NCBI RefSeq assembly: GCF_902713615.1
Contig: NC_052149.1
Span: 152,807,383 to 152,871,382 of the forward strand
DNA from: Scyliorhinus canicula
Lineage: Eukaryota
Length of the DNA: 64,000 nt
Direction: 5' to 3'
In this document: positions 47,741 to 60,229 of the stretch, in pieces
How positions within the stretch are numbered: the stretch's first letter is position 1
How the letters are laid out: the number at the start of each line of letters is the position of its first letter
The notes under the pieces: generated by a model
The model's input: the letters and a program-made list of their open reading frames with translations, nothing else
What the model was told of the DNA's origin: nothing
The model's database searches: none
Made by a program: the position numbers and the translations under genes

Positions 47741-49058
47741 TGGCATCCTTGAAGTTCCCCTTCGAGGTGTTCTCTTGGATGGCCAAGCCGGGGGGGTGGG
47801 TGCACAATGGGTGGGCCGGCACCTTTGGGTGGAGATCCTGTGGGAGAATGGACATGTGGCAGTGGGAGGGAAGTGTCATGATGTCTGGCATGAACACACA
47901 TGTAACAGATCATCTGTGTGGGGGATGGTGGATACTCATCTCTGCGGCGCACGCCAATCTTGTCATTAGTGACCAATCTGTCCTCGATCACCCCCCAATT
48001 CTCCAGGGCCTGTTCCTCGAAGGATTGAGGACTCTGATGTCCGGCACACTGCCGCTCGTCTGGGCCCTTTCCCATCTGTTGTGGGACAACCACTCTCAAT
48101 GAGGTACTTCCACTCTATCTGATCGAAGGACTTCTCTGCGTCCAGAGGGATGATTACTTCTGGTGACTCCTCCCCAGGTGGGGACATGATCACGTTCAGT
48201 CGGCGTCTGATGTTCACCATCAGCTCGTGACAAACACGATCTGATCTTCCACGATCACTTCTGACAAGCAGCTCTCCTGTCGTCTTGCCTGAACCTTCAC
48301 CAGGATCTTAGTGTCAGTGTTGAGGAACATATCTAGCAAAAGCGGGACCAGTTGTCCAGTAAACTGTTCAGAAAATTCAACAGGGGAACACATCTGGTCC
48401 TGGTGCTTTACCCGTCTGCATTAACCTAATACAACTAATGATCTCTTCGAGCCCAATCGGTGCTTCTAACTTCTGCCTTTTCTCCTGTTCCACCTCTGGG
48501 AAGGTCAATCTGCCTAAAAGTTAACTCATTGATGTGTCCCCAACTTGAGGCTCTAATCCTTACAATCCACGATAGAAAGCCTCAAATACCTCATTCACCT
48601 TCTCTGGGGAGAAACAACCCCGGCCCGAGACCCTGACCTGTACTCCCTCCCAGGAAGCTGCCTGACACCTCAGCTGGCCTTCTCACCATATTCATAGAAA
48701 GTCCCTCTCGAATGACCCCCGTTTTATTTTTAAAATATTTTTATTAGGGTATTTGTAGTTTTTATAATAATAACAATAACAGCAACATAAACATGGGACA
48801 ATAAACATTTCCATTCCCATCACATTCTTCACACCCCCACCAATAAAGCAATAGTCAGGAATACTCTAAGCTTCGGGCATGCCCACAACATGTGGACATC
48901 TGCCGCGCACCTCGCACACCTGTCCTCTACCCCAAAGAACTTACTCATCCGGGCCACCGTCATGTGTGCCAGTGGACTACCTTGAACTGTATCAGACTAA
49001 GCCTGGCACATGATGAGGATGTGTTAACCCTGCTTAAGGCATCCGCCCACAGACCCGC

Positions 49059-49360
49059 TGATGGAACCATCAATTCACTAGACACGTGCTTTAAGATATG
49101 AACAGTGGTTTTAATCTACTTACAACAGAGCCAGCCTGTTCCGCGTTGAACTCTCGATGAACTGAACGACTGGTTCTGAGCATTGGTATTTATACAGCAG
49201 TCCAGGGGGAGGAGTCGTGGGCGGAGCCAAGGGTGGAGCCCTGTACAAACTCCTAAGCAGTCCCAGCGCTACTCCCCCTAGTGGTCGGGCAACGCAACTG
49301 CGCTTACAAATGCATGGTCTCATTACATACAGTGTGAATTACGGAGTTACATTCACCACA
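49059..49360 (-). repeat. Solo LTR (302 bp)
   Basis: TG...CA termini and perfect 5-bp TSD CCCGC. Reverse-complement homologue of 49929-50224. Confidence 0.85.
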
Positions 49361-49928
49361 CCCGCCTCTATCTCTCCCCCAGCTCGTCTTCCCACTTGCC
49401 CTTTAGGCCCTTTCTCGGAGTTTCCACCGACTCTGTAAGTTCTTGGTAGATATCTGACACATTCCCCTTTCCCACCCAGGTACTGGAGACTGCTCTGTCC
49501 TGTATCCCCCATGGCAGCAGCAGCGGGAAGGCCGGAATCTGCCTTCTCAAAAAATCTCGTACCTGCCGATATCTAAACCCATTCCCTGCTGGCAATTCAA
49601 ATTTATCCTCCACAGCTTTCAAGCTGGGGAAGCTGCCGTCTATAAATAGATCTCCCATCTCCGGAACCTATCAACCAGTCTGCCGGTACAAACTGATGGT
49701 TATTGTAGATCGGGGTCCAAACCGATGTTCCCTCCACTCTCTTCTATCTCCTCCACTGCCCCCAGATCTCAGAGCCGCCATTACGACCGGACTTGTGGAG
49801 TATCGGGCCTGCAAGAGCGGAAGAGGTGCTGTTATCAGTGCCCCCAAACTTGTGTTTTTACATGATGCCGACTCTACTTGCTCCCACACCGACCCCCCCT
49901 TCATTTACGGGGTTTTGCCCGGCCACAC

Positions 49929-50224
49929 TGTGGTGAATGTAATATATATATATATGATAATTCACACTGTCTTCGTAAGCGCAGTAGCGCTATCCTACCA
50001 CTCGGGGTAGTAGCTCTGGGAGTACTCAGGAACTTGTACTGGGCTCCACCCTTGGCTCCGCCCACGACTCCTCCCCCTAGTGCAGCTGTATAAATACCCT
50101 TGTCCAGAGTCAGCCTGAGTCCACTAAGAGTTCATCAACGGGTAACAGGCTGGCTCTGAAGTAAGTCGATTAAAGCCTAGATTCATATCGGAAACACGTG
50201 TCTGGTGAATTGATGGTTCCATCA
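49929..50224 (+). repeat. Solo LTR (296 bp), same family
   Basis: TGTGGTGAATGT...GGTTCCATCA, TATAAA box, TSD CACAC/CACAT. Confidence 0.8.
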
Positions 50225-53200
50225 CACATAAAGCACCTCATTCACTCATTTAAAAAAGGCCTACTGGATGAAGATGGAGAGGCACTGAAAGACAAACAGG
50301 AATCTAGAGAGGACAGTCATTTTCACGGTCTGTACCCTCTCCGCCAGTGATAGTGGGAGCATGTCCCATCTCTTAAAGTCCTCTTTCATTTGTACTACCA
50401 GCTGGGACAGGTTTAACTTGTGCAATGTCTCCCATTCCTGAGCCACCTGGATTCCCAGATATCGAAAGCTCCTACCTACCATTCTAAACAGCAGCTCTCC
50501 CAGTCTCTTCTCCTGTCATCTCGCTTGGATTGCGAACAACTCGCCAATAATGTTCAATTTATACCCCGAAAACTTGCCAAATTCCCCTCAGATCAGCATA
50601 ATTACCCCCATCCCTCCAACGGGTCTGAGATGGACAGGAGCAAGTCATCCGCGTAAAGCGAGACCCGGTGTTCCCCCTCCCCCCACCCCAGAATCAGCCC
50701 TTTTCAGTTCCTAGAAGCTTTTAATGCCATGGCCAGTGGCTCTATGGCCAGAGCAAACAGCAGCCGGGAGAGGGGGCACCCTTCTCTTGTCCCTCGGTGT
50801 ACTTTCAAATAACCCGACCTCAACCGGTTCGTGCACACACTTGCTACTGGTGCCTGAGAGAGCAATCGTTCCCAGTCAATGAAGTCCTCACCGAACCCAA
50901 ACCTTCCCAGCACCTCTCACAGGTAATTCCACTCCACCTGATCAAAAGCCTTCTCCCCATCCATCACCACCCCATCCATCACCACCTCCATCTCCCCTCC
51001 CTCTGAAGGCATCATAATAACATTTAAGAGCCTTTTAACATTGGCCGGTACAAACTGATGGTTATTGTAGATCGGGGTTGCCTGCCTTTTACAAATCCCG
51101 TCTGGTCTCCCCTATCACCCTGGGACACAATCCTCTATCCTTGTGTCAAGTCACCCCCTTAAGGATCACCACCTTAAGTCCCAAAAGACTTGCTTGTTAG
51201 GTGATTTGGACATTCTGAATTCTCCCTCAGTGTACCCAAACAGGCGGTGTAATGTGGTGACTAGGGGCTTTTCGCAGTAGCTTCATTGCGTTGTTAATGT
51301 AAGCCTACTTGTGACACAAATAAAGATTATTATTATTCCCCATTGTCAACAACTCAAACTCCATTTGCAACTTTCCGTTCACCAATAAATCTGGCGTGGG
51401 GCAATCGAGTAATGGCGATCCACCTCAAGAATGGAGTCCACCAGCCTCTGTCTCTCCACCTTCTCTGGTTTGTCACTATGTGTCTAAGACAAGATTATCC
51501 CACCCCGAACCACCGCCTTCAGGGCCTCCCAGATCATGGGCGGCGAGACTGCCTCATTCCTGTTAAACTTAACATACGCTCCAATAGCAGAGCTTACCCG
51601 CTCACAAAACCTCTCATCTGCAAGCAGTGCTGTGTCCAATCTCCACTGAGGTCTCTGAGAGTGGCCTGGATCCAACAACAGATCCACAAAATGCTGAACA
51701 TGATCTGACATCACTGATTAACCCACTCCCTTCACACTCGGGCGAAGGGACCTACCCACGACAATCAAATCTATTCAGGAGTAGAAAAAAAGGAAAACTC
51801 CTTATCCCTCGGGACCATTTAACCTCCACGGGCCTATCCCCCACCAACTGCTCCATGAAACCAATAACTGCTCTGCCATCCCTGATGGAGTCTACAACTT
51901 GGGACTTGCCCTATCCAGGCTCGGATATTAAACACAATTAAAGTCTCCCCCAATAATTAGCTGATAAGAATCTAGGTCTGGGATCGATGCCAACACTTTG
52001 TTAATAAAAGCCGTGTCATCAATTCAGTGCATACACATTGGTCAGTACCATCGGTGTGCCCGCCAATACCCCACTGACTATTACATACCTCTTTCCTGGA
52101 TCCACTAGGATATTGCCCATGAGAAATCCACCCTCCTATTAATTAACACCACTCTTCCCCTACAATCTCCCAACATGTGCCCAACAATCCAAACCTGAGT
52201 CGTATACCTTCCCCATCCATCCCTTCCGCAACATCTTTTGATCTTTAATTCTTAAATGAGTCTCCTGCAAAAAAATCATATCTGCTTTCAAACTTCTCAA
52301 GTGCCCAAAAACCCGTGTTTTCGTCACTTGGCCATTTAATCCCCTCACATTCCAGGTTATCAACCGGATCGGGGGTTCCGGCCCCATCCTAACCCAGGAT
52401 CAACCATATCCACCATGTGAGGCATTCCCGCAGTGCCTCCACCTACGCCAGCTCCTAGCCCACTCAAGATGGCCACCACAGCCCAAGAACCAAGGAATCA
52501 TTGCCGTTAGCAGTCTTCTCCTCCCCCTAGCCTTCATCTCTCTTCCCCGAAACCAACCAAATAACAATTTTTTTTTAAAACCCTCCCCCCCCACAATTTT
52601 AACCCCCTACCCAGACAAAGCCAAAACGGAAAGCTCATTACATTACAAAAATTGTTTAAGGCAGCACGGTGGCACAGTGGTTAGCATTGCTGCCTAAGGT
52701 GCTGAGGACCCGGGTTCAAATCCCGGCCCTGGGTCACTGTCCGTGAGGAGTTTGCACATTCTCCCCGTGTCTGTGTGGGTTTCACCCCCACAACCCAAAG
52801 ATGTGTAGGATAGGTGGATTGGCTATGCTAAATTGCCCCTTAATTGGAAAAAATAATTGGGTACTCTAAATTTTTTTTTAAATTGTTTAATAAGGATTCC
52901 ACATGATAACAAGCAGCAGGCACCCCCCCCCCCCCCCCCCCCCCCCCCCAGCCTCTGCTCCCGTTAACTAGCTATACCACGAGTCGGGTGACTCTCACAC
53001 AGGGCAAAGTCAACACAATATATCAACGAACAACAGCCCCACCCCCGCAAACCAAATTTTAATACAGAACCCGAGAGGAAAAGGGATCAATGCCCAGTTG
53101 TCCTGCCCCAAAAATCAATACTCACCAGTACAAAATATCAACTCCGCCCCGTAAAAACACCCATTAACAAGCGCAAGCACAAACCTAAATCTTAACCCAC

Positions 53201-53389
53201 ATTACAAAAATTCCCTACCAGATACAAGAACAGATGGACTTAACCATAAACAAACAACAAACTCCATTATCCTCAATCACTTTAGTTCATTGTCACTCCA
53301 TGCTTTCCTGAAAATTTGTTTGCCTCTTCCCGCACATCAAAGTAATCGTCTCTGACCTTGAAAGTTACCCGAAGACAAGCGGGTACACC

Positions 53390-56300
53390 CAGGGGTGGAT
53401 TAACCATTAAGCAAAATAAGCACGTGCTTAGGGCATCAAGGGAAGGGGGCACCACAGAAATTTTCCATAGCCGAATTTACCATGGTCCATGGGCCATATG
53501 GTGCAGTACTGCAAATGGTGCAGCTGAACCAGGATCCGCAAAAAGGGGCCCCCACATTAAATGAAAAAATTACATACAGATATATACAATAATAACAAGA
53601 GCACTCAGAGAGTGCAGACCTCCGCCAAGGGTTATGAAATCGAAGGGAAAAAAAATCTTCCCCCCCCCCCCACATAAATGAAAGCAGGGGAAACTTTGTA
53701 TGCAGTCTGTGAAATTTGTATACAATCTGTACGTCAGTGGAAAAAAAACAAACACACACATACTCCGACAAAAACATAACCTCCTTGGCGGAAGTAAAAA
53801 TAATAATAATAGTAATGATAGAGGTTAATGATATACATTAATCTTGGGAATACAACAAAATTAGAATCTGGTAACGGCCCCACGGTCCACGGAGGCTCAC
53901 GTGATCGTTCTTGTCTAAGTCTTGTTCATGTCGGCTGTCCCGTTCAGTCGTCCACTGGGAATGAGACTGTGCAGGGGCGCTAGTAGCTCACTCAGCGTCC
54001 AGCGTGCCAACAGGCACCAACACACGTGCCAACATTGTAACTTTGTAAGTAAGCTGATTCTTTTTTTTTTGTGACACTGACAACAAATAATGTAATTAAT
54101 GTTTCATAATTTTGTGGAAGTGCTTATGAAATGTCGTGAAACTCGTGAAAATGGCCAAATGGTGTATAGTGCTGCTTTTGACTATGCATGTATTTTCTAT
54201 TTTTTATTTATCGCATGGTGGTGGACTGGTGGTGATAACTGAGTTTGTATTTCATTATGTCTGTCAATTTACGTGGTGCTGGTGATGTCTCCATGTGCAT
54301 TTTTTGTACGTGGTGCCATGGTGGTGGTGGTGAGGACAGCGAGAGTTTTTTTCTCACGGGGTGGTGGTAGTGACTAAGTTTATTTTATCACGTGATACAA
54401 GGCGGCCTGCATCCATGTGCTGAGTGCTCCTACGCGGGTTCGAGTCCTGCTGTCGCTACTAATTTATAACGCGCCCCCAGCAACTCCACTTTTCAGTTTA
54501 CAAATTCTGAGACAAAATCTGTCTATATTAATTAAAGCACAAAAGCACAAGATTCAGCTGTAAGCCGGGAATTAAATTGTCCGTATGGTTCTGCCTATGA
54601 TATGTGTAACTGTGTTGATTGCCGCATAATAATTCAAACAAAATATTCTTTTTATTTCTGTATTTTACAGACCCTTACAGTTGGAGAAACAAATTCAGGA
54701 GGAGTGTGATTACTGGGAACATGTCTTGAGGCGTGTCATAGCTGTTATTCGTACGTTAGCTGAACGTGGCTTGGCTTTTCGAGGAACAGAAGAAAGGTTT
54801 GGACCATTGCAAAATGGGAATTTTTTAGGGCTGCTTGAGCTCATAAGCCAGTTTGATCCATTTTTTTAGCAGGCCACATTTCGAAATATGGAAATTCTGG
54901 CAAAGGAAATCCTTCCTTCTTACCTGTCCAAAACCACCTGTGAGGAACTCATTCAACTAATGGCACAAAAGGTCCATGCGCTCATTGTTGACGAAGTAAA
55001 ATCTTCTGGTTATTTTAGTTTGTCAGTTGATTCAACACCAGATCTATCACATATCGATCAGTTAAGTGTTGTACTTAGGTACTTAAAAGATGGACAGCCT
55101 ATTGAACGCTTTTTAACCTTTCTGGAAGTGAAAAGCCATACCGGTGAGGAAATGGCAAATCAGGTGTTGCAGTACTTACGTGAAGCTTGTAGGCTAAACT
55201 TTTCAAAATATAGGGGTCATTCTTATGACAACGCTGCTAACATGTCTGGGCGTTATAAGGGGATGCAGCAAAATTTTTTAGAAACAAACAAGTTTGCTAT
55301 ATATGTGCCCTGTGCAGCTCATTCACTAAATCTGGAAGGCCGAAGTGCTGTTGACTGCTGTCAAGAGGCAGTTAATTTCTTCTCTACAGTGCAGTTACTC
55401 TATACCTTTTTTTCAGCCTCAAGCAGCCGGTGGAAAATTCTTAAAGGTTGTGTTGGAAATGAAAGTGTCTTAAAATCCCTCTCTGATACCAGATGGGAGG
55501 CACATGCTATGGCAACAGCAGCAATTTTGAAATCTTTCCTTAAAATTTTAGAAGCATTAGAATATATAGCCGAAGACCAGTCACAAAAGGGAGATGCTAG
55601 AAGAGAAGCAAATAATATTGCAGATAAGATGCAAGAGCTAGAATTCGTTTTTATGTTGAATTTTTGGAATGAGATTTTGCATATTTTTCACAGAGTAAGC
55701 CAAGTTCTGCAAAATGAGGATGTGAACTTAAAAACATGTGCAGATCTGTATGTATCATTAGCTGACCAACTGTGCACTTCACGAGATGAATTTGAAAGAT
55801 ATGAAGCAGCTACAAAGGAAATGCTACCAGATTGGGAGATTTGCAGATTGGGCAGCAGGGTAGCATGGTGGTTAGCATAAATGCTTCACAGCTCCAGGGT
55901 CCCAGGTTCGATTCCCGGCTGGGTCACTGTCTGTGTGGAGTCTGCACGTCCTCCCCCTGTGTGCGTGGGTTTCCTCCGGGTGCTCCGGTTTCCTCCCACA
56001 GTCCAAAGATGTGCGGGTTAGGTGGATTGGCCATGCTAAATTGCCCGTAGTGTCCTAATAAAAGTAAGGTTAATGGTGTGGGGAGTTATGGGTATAGGGT
56101 GGATACGTGGGTTGAGTGGGGTGATCATGGCTCGGCACAACATTGAGGGCCGAAGGGCCTGTTCTGTGCTGTACTGTTCTATGTTCTATGTTCTATGTTC
56201 TAGATGTTGATTACAAGGCAGCTACAACTCGCAAACGTATCAGAAAGAAGGTACCCAATGACGGAGATGCACCAGAAGTATATCTGAATGCCAGAGATAA

Positions 56301-57355
56301 ATTTTGTATCACCATCTTTTACACAATTGTTGACAAACTTGAAACTGAGATGAAAAGAAGAGGAGAGATATACAAAGAAATAGCAGAGAGATTTTCTTTT
56401 CTAAGTGATGTGCCACATAATGTCACTTCATCATCTACTAACATTGAAAGGTATTCTCAGTGCTGTCAAAAGCTGATTGATGCTTACCCAGAGGACTTCA
56501 ACAGTAATTTCTCAGCTGAGCTTCAGCAGTTTCATTCATATGTGCGCCATAAATTGAGTGCAACAAAAAATGTAAAAACAAGATTCAGTCATGCTGAACT
56601 TTATAAAATAATTGTAGAAGACTCCCGGCTGGGTCACTGTCTGTGTGGAGTCTGCACGTCCTCCCCCTGTGTGCGTGGGTTTCCTCCGGGTGCTCCGGTT
56701 TCCTCCCACAGTCCAAAGATGTGCGGGTTAGGTGGATTGGCCATGCTAAATTGCCCGTAGTGTCCTAAAAAAAAAGTAAGGTTAAGGGGGGGTTGTTGGG
56801 TTACGGGTATAGGGTGGATACATGGGTTTGAGTAGGGTGATCATGGCTCGGCACAACATCGAGGGCCGAAGGGCCTGTTCTGTGCTGTACTGTTCTATGT
56901 TCTATGTTCTAAGACAATATTGAGTGTGCCTTTCCAAATGTAGACATTGGCTTTCGTATATTTTTAACATTAATGGTCACAAATTGCTCAGCTGAGCGTT
57001 CATTTTCTCAGTTGAAGTATATTAAAAATCCCATCAGAACAACTATGCAACAAGGCAGGCTGGATGCCTTATCTCGATTAAGTATAGAAGCAGATGTGTT
57101 ACATAAAATTAGTTTTGAGGATCTGATCAAAGACTTTGCAATTAAAAAAAGTAGGAGAAAACTTTTCAAATATAAATAAAGTGGAAGTATACAAAAATAA
57201 ACATTATTTTCCATCTTACTGTAAGTTTTGTTTAATTTCGATAAATAAAATTTTATTTTATGGTTTATTATTGTTTATATTTTGAATTACATATATATGG
57301 GGGCACCAAAATCTTTTAAGTGCTTAGGGCCTCTAAGGGTCTTAATCCGGCCCTG
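53390..57355 (+). mobile_element. Complete-length hAT DNA transposon (ZMYM1/DUF4371-type transposase), inactivated
   Basis: TIRs CAGGGGTGGATTAA / CAGGGCCGGATTAA and perfect 8-bp TSD GGTACACC (53382-53389, 57356-57363). Transposase motifs SVDSTPDLSH, YDNAANMSG, CAAHSLNL, TRWEAH and CSAERSFS. Confidence 0.95.
54681..57179 (+). pseudogene. hAT transposase, broken by a frameshift (T-run near 54865) and two SINE insertions
   Basis: The frame can be rejoined as EMLP|DVDYK and IVED|NIECAFPNVD across SINEs at ~55850-56201 and 56623-56910. Confidence 0.9.
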
Positions 57356-57446
57356 GGTACACCACAGCAAACTTTGTTCCTGTACAGCGCAAGCTTGGCT
57401 TCATTATAAGCCACATGTCTTCTGCCAGCTTAGTCCCAAGATCTTT

Positions 57447-59034
57447 GGGAATTACAGGCCAGTTAGTCTTACTTCGGTGGTAGGCAAAGTAATGGAAAGG
57501 GTACTGAGGGATAGGATTTCTGAGCATCTGGAAAGGCATTGCTTGATTAGGGATAGTCAGCACGGATTTGTGAGGGGTAGGTCTTGCCTTACAAGTCTTA
57601 TTGAATTCTTTGAGGAGGTGACCAAGCATGTGGATGAAGGTAAAGCAGTGGATGTAGTGTACATGGATTTTAGTAAGGCATTTGATAAGGTTCCCCATGG
57701 TAGGCTTATGCAGAAAGAAAGGAGGCATGGGATAGTGGGAAATTTGGCCAGTTGGATAACAAACTGGCTAACCGATAGAAGACAGAGAGTGGTGGTGGAT
57801 GGCAAATATTCAGCCTGGAGCCCAGTTATCAGTGGCGTACCGCAGGGATCAGTTCTGGGTCCTCTGCTGTTTGTGATTTTCATTAACGACTTGGATGAGG
57901 GAGTTGAAGGGTGGGTCAGTAAATTTGCAGATGATACGAAGATTGGTGGAGTTGTGGATAGTGAGGAGGGCTGTTGTCGGCTTCAAAGAGACATAGATAG
58001 AATGCAGAGCTGGGCTGAGAAGTGGCAGATGGAGTTTAACCCTGACAAGTGTGAGGTTGTCCATTTTGGAAGGACAAATCTGAATGCGGAATACAGGGTT
58101 AATGGTAGGGTTCTTGGCAATGTGGAGGAGCAGAGAGATCTTGGGGTCTATGTTCATAGTTCTTTGAAAGTTGCCACTCAAGTGGATAGAGCTGTGAAGA
58201 AGGCCTATGGTGTGCTAGCGTTCATTAGCAGAGGGATTGAATTTAAGAGCCGTGAGGTGATGATGCAGCTGTACAAAACCTTGGTCAGGCCACATTTGGA
58301 GTACTGTGTGCAGTTCTGGTCACCTCATTTTAGGAAGGATGTGGAAGCTTTGGAAAAGGTGCAAAGGAGATTTACCAGGATGTTGCCTGGAATGGAGAGT
58401 AGGTCATACGAGGAAAGGTTGAGGGTGCTAGGTCTTTTCTCATTAGAACGGAGAAGGATGAGGGGCGACTTGATAGAGGTTTATAAGATGATCAGGGGAA
58501 TAGATAGAGTAGACAGTCAGAGACTTTTTCCCCGGGTGGAACACACCATTACAAGGGGACATAAATTTAAGATAAATGGTGGAAGATATAGAGGGGATGT
58601 CAGAGGTAGGTTCTTTACCCAGAGAGTAGTGGGGGCATGGAATGCACTGCCTGTGGTAGTAGTTGAGTCGGAAAAGTTAGGGACCTTCAAGCGGCTATTG
58701 GATAGGTACTTGGATTAGGGTAGAATAATGGAGTGTAGGTTAACTTCTTAAGGGTAGCACGGTAGCATTGTGGATAGCACAATTGCTTCACAGCTCCAGG
58801 GTCCCAAGTTCGATTTCGACTTGGGTCACTGTCTGTGTGGAGTCTGCACATCCTCCCCGTGACTGCGTGGGTTTCCTCCGGGTACTCCACAGTCCCACAG
58901 TCCAAAGATGTGCAGGTTGGGTGGATTGGCCATGAAAAATTGTCCAAAATTCTATGATTAACCTAGGACAAAAGTTCGGCGCAACATCGTGGGCCGAAGG
59001 GCCTGTTCTGTGCTGTATTTCTCTATCTATCTAT
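57447..59034 (+). mobile_element. 5'-truncated CR1/HER1 LINE with open RT C-terminal frame and 3' tail
   Basis: GNYRPVSLTS, QHGF, DFSKAFDKV, PQGSVLGP and FADD, with a (CTAT)n-type tail. Followed by a SINE at ~59037-59345. Confidence 0.93.
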
Positions 59035-59345
59035 CTAGCACGGTAGCACAAATGGATAGCACTGTGGCTTCACAGCGCCAGGGTCCCAGGATCGATTCCC
59101 CGCTGGATCACCGTCTGTGCGGAGTCTGCACGTTCTCCCTGTGTGGGTTTCCTCCGGGTGCTCCAGTTTCCTTCCACAGTCCAAAGACGTGCAGGTTAGG
59201 TGGATTGGCCATGATAAATTGCCCTTTGTGACCAAAAAGGTTAGGAGGGGTTATTGGGTTACGTGGATAGGGTGGAAGTGAGGGCTTAAGTGGGTCGGTG
59301 GAGACTTGATGGGCCGAATGGCCTCCTTCTGCACTGTATGCTCTA

Positions 59346-60150
59346 TGTCCTGATGGCATAACCCTCTCATCTACAGTCCCTTTGTCCCTCCTCAGGTCCC
59401 ACTCCTTATCCAAGTAACGATGGAACCTGACTATGACCGCCTGAGGTGGCTCCCGGATCTGGGCTTCTGCCTCAGCGATCTATGGGCCCGGTCCAACCAG
59501 GAGGAATCGAAAAGACCTTCTCCCCCACCAACTTTCTGAACATCTTGGACATATAGTCCATGGAGCTGGAGCCCTCCCCCGGCAGCCCGACAGTCCTCAG
59601 GTCTTGTCAGCTGGAGCGTTTCTCCAAACCGGCAACCTTGACCTTGAGCACCTTCCGCTGCTCCGCCAGCACCATCATCTATGCCTCCAATGAGGGAATC
59701 TGATTACTGTGATCAGAGAACACCGCCTCCACCTTTTTAATCATCTTCTCGTGTACCTCCATCCACCAGTCCAACTTCTCCATGGTCACCCGGATTGGGG
59801 CCAAAGCTCCATTGCCTTCTTTAGATCCCCAATCATCTCCTGTCGCTGCTTCCTAAATTCATCGGCCAAGACGGTAACCGAAATCTTGGTCGTCCATTGA
59901 GAAACCGCAGCCTCAGCAGAAGCCACCGCCGCTATGTTTTTCCCCCGCTGGGGCTCTAAAAGCTCCAGACTCTGTCGACGTTCATTTGCCAGACTTAAGT
60001 TTGGAGCTGCTCCTACTGGACATGGTAGGAATGGGGGGTCCTATACTACTGAATTATTCTGTTTATACAAACAAAAAAGCCCGAACATCAGGCGGAAAGC
60101 GCCGCAAAACGAGCATCCCGTCGGGAGTCACCACATGTGCATCCACTCAA
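59346..60150 (-). mobile_element. ORF1/5'UTR of the L1-like LINE into which the hAT and CR1 inserted (also 57364-57445)
   Basis: The host frame KFAVVYP is split exactly at the hAT TSD, and ORF1-like sequence continues beyond the CR1/SINE. Confidence 0.65.
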
Positions 60151-60229
60151 CACTTTGCCGCCATCGGAGGTTATACTCCCATGTGTCAATCAACGCCCTC
60201 ACTTCATCTGCCGTACCCATAAGACTAGT

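Larger units (their letters stand above)
48100..53389 (-). mobile_element. Decayed L1/Tx1-like LINE sequence hosting solo LTRs and SINEs
   Basis: Minus-strand LITWNVRGLNG, GTREGCPLSRLLFALAIEPL and WDMLPLSLAERV fragments. Confidence 0.85.

Noticed and set aside
57282-58718. 478-aa ORF as a host gene
   Set aside because: It is a 5'-truncated CR1 RT fused by chance to hAT end and LINE ORF1 antisense sequence.
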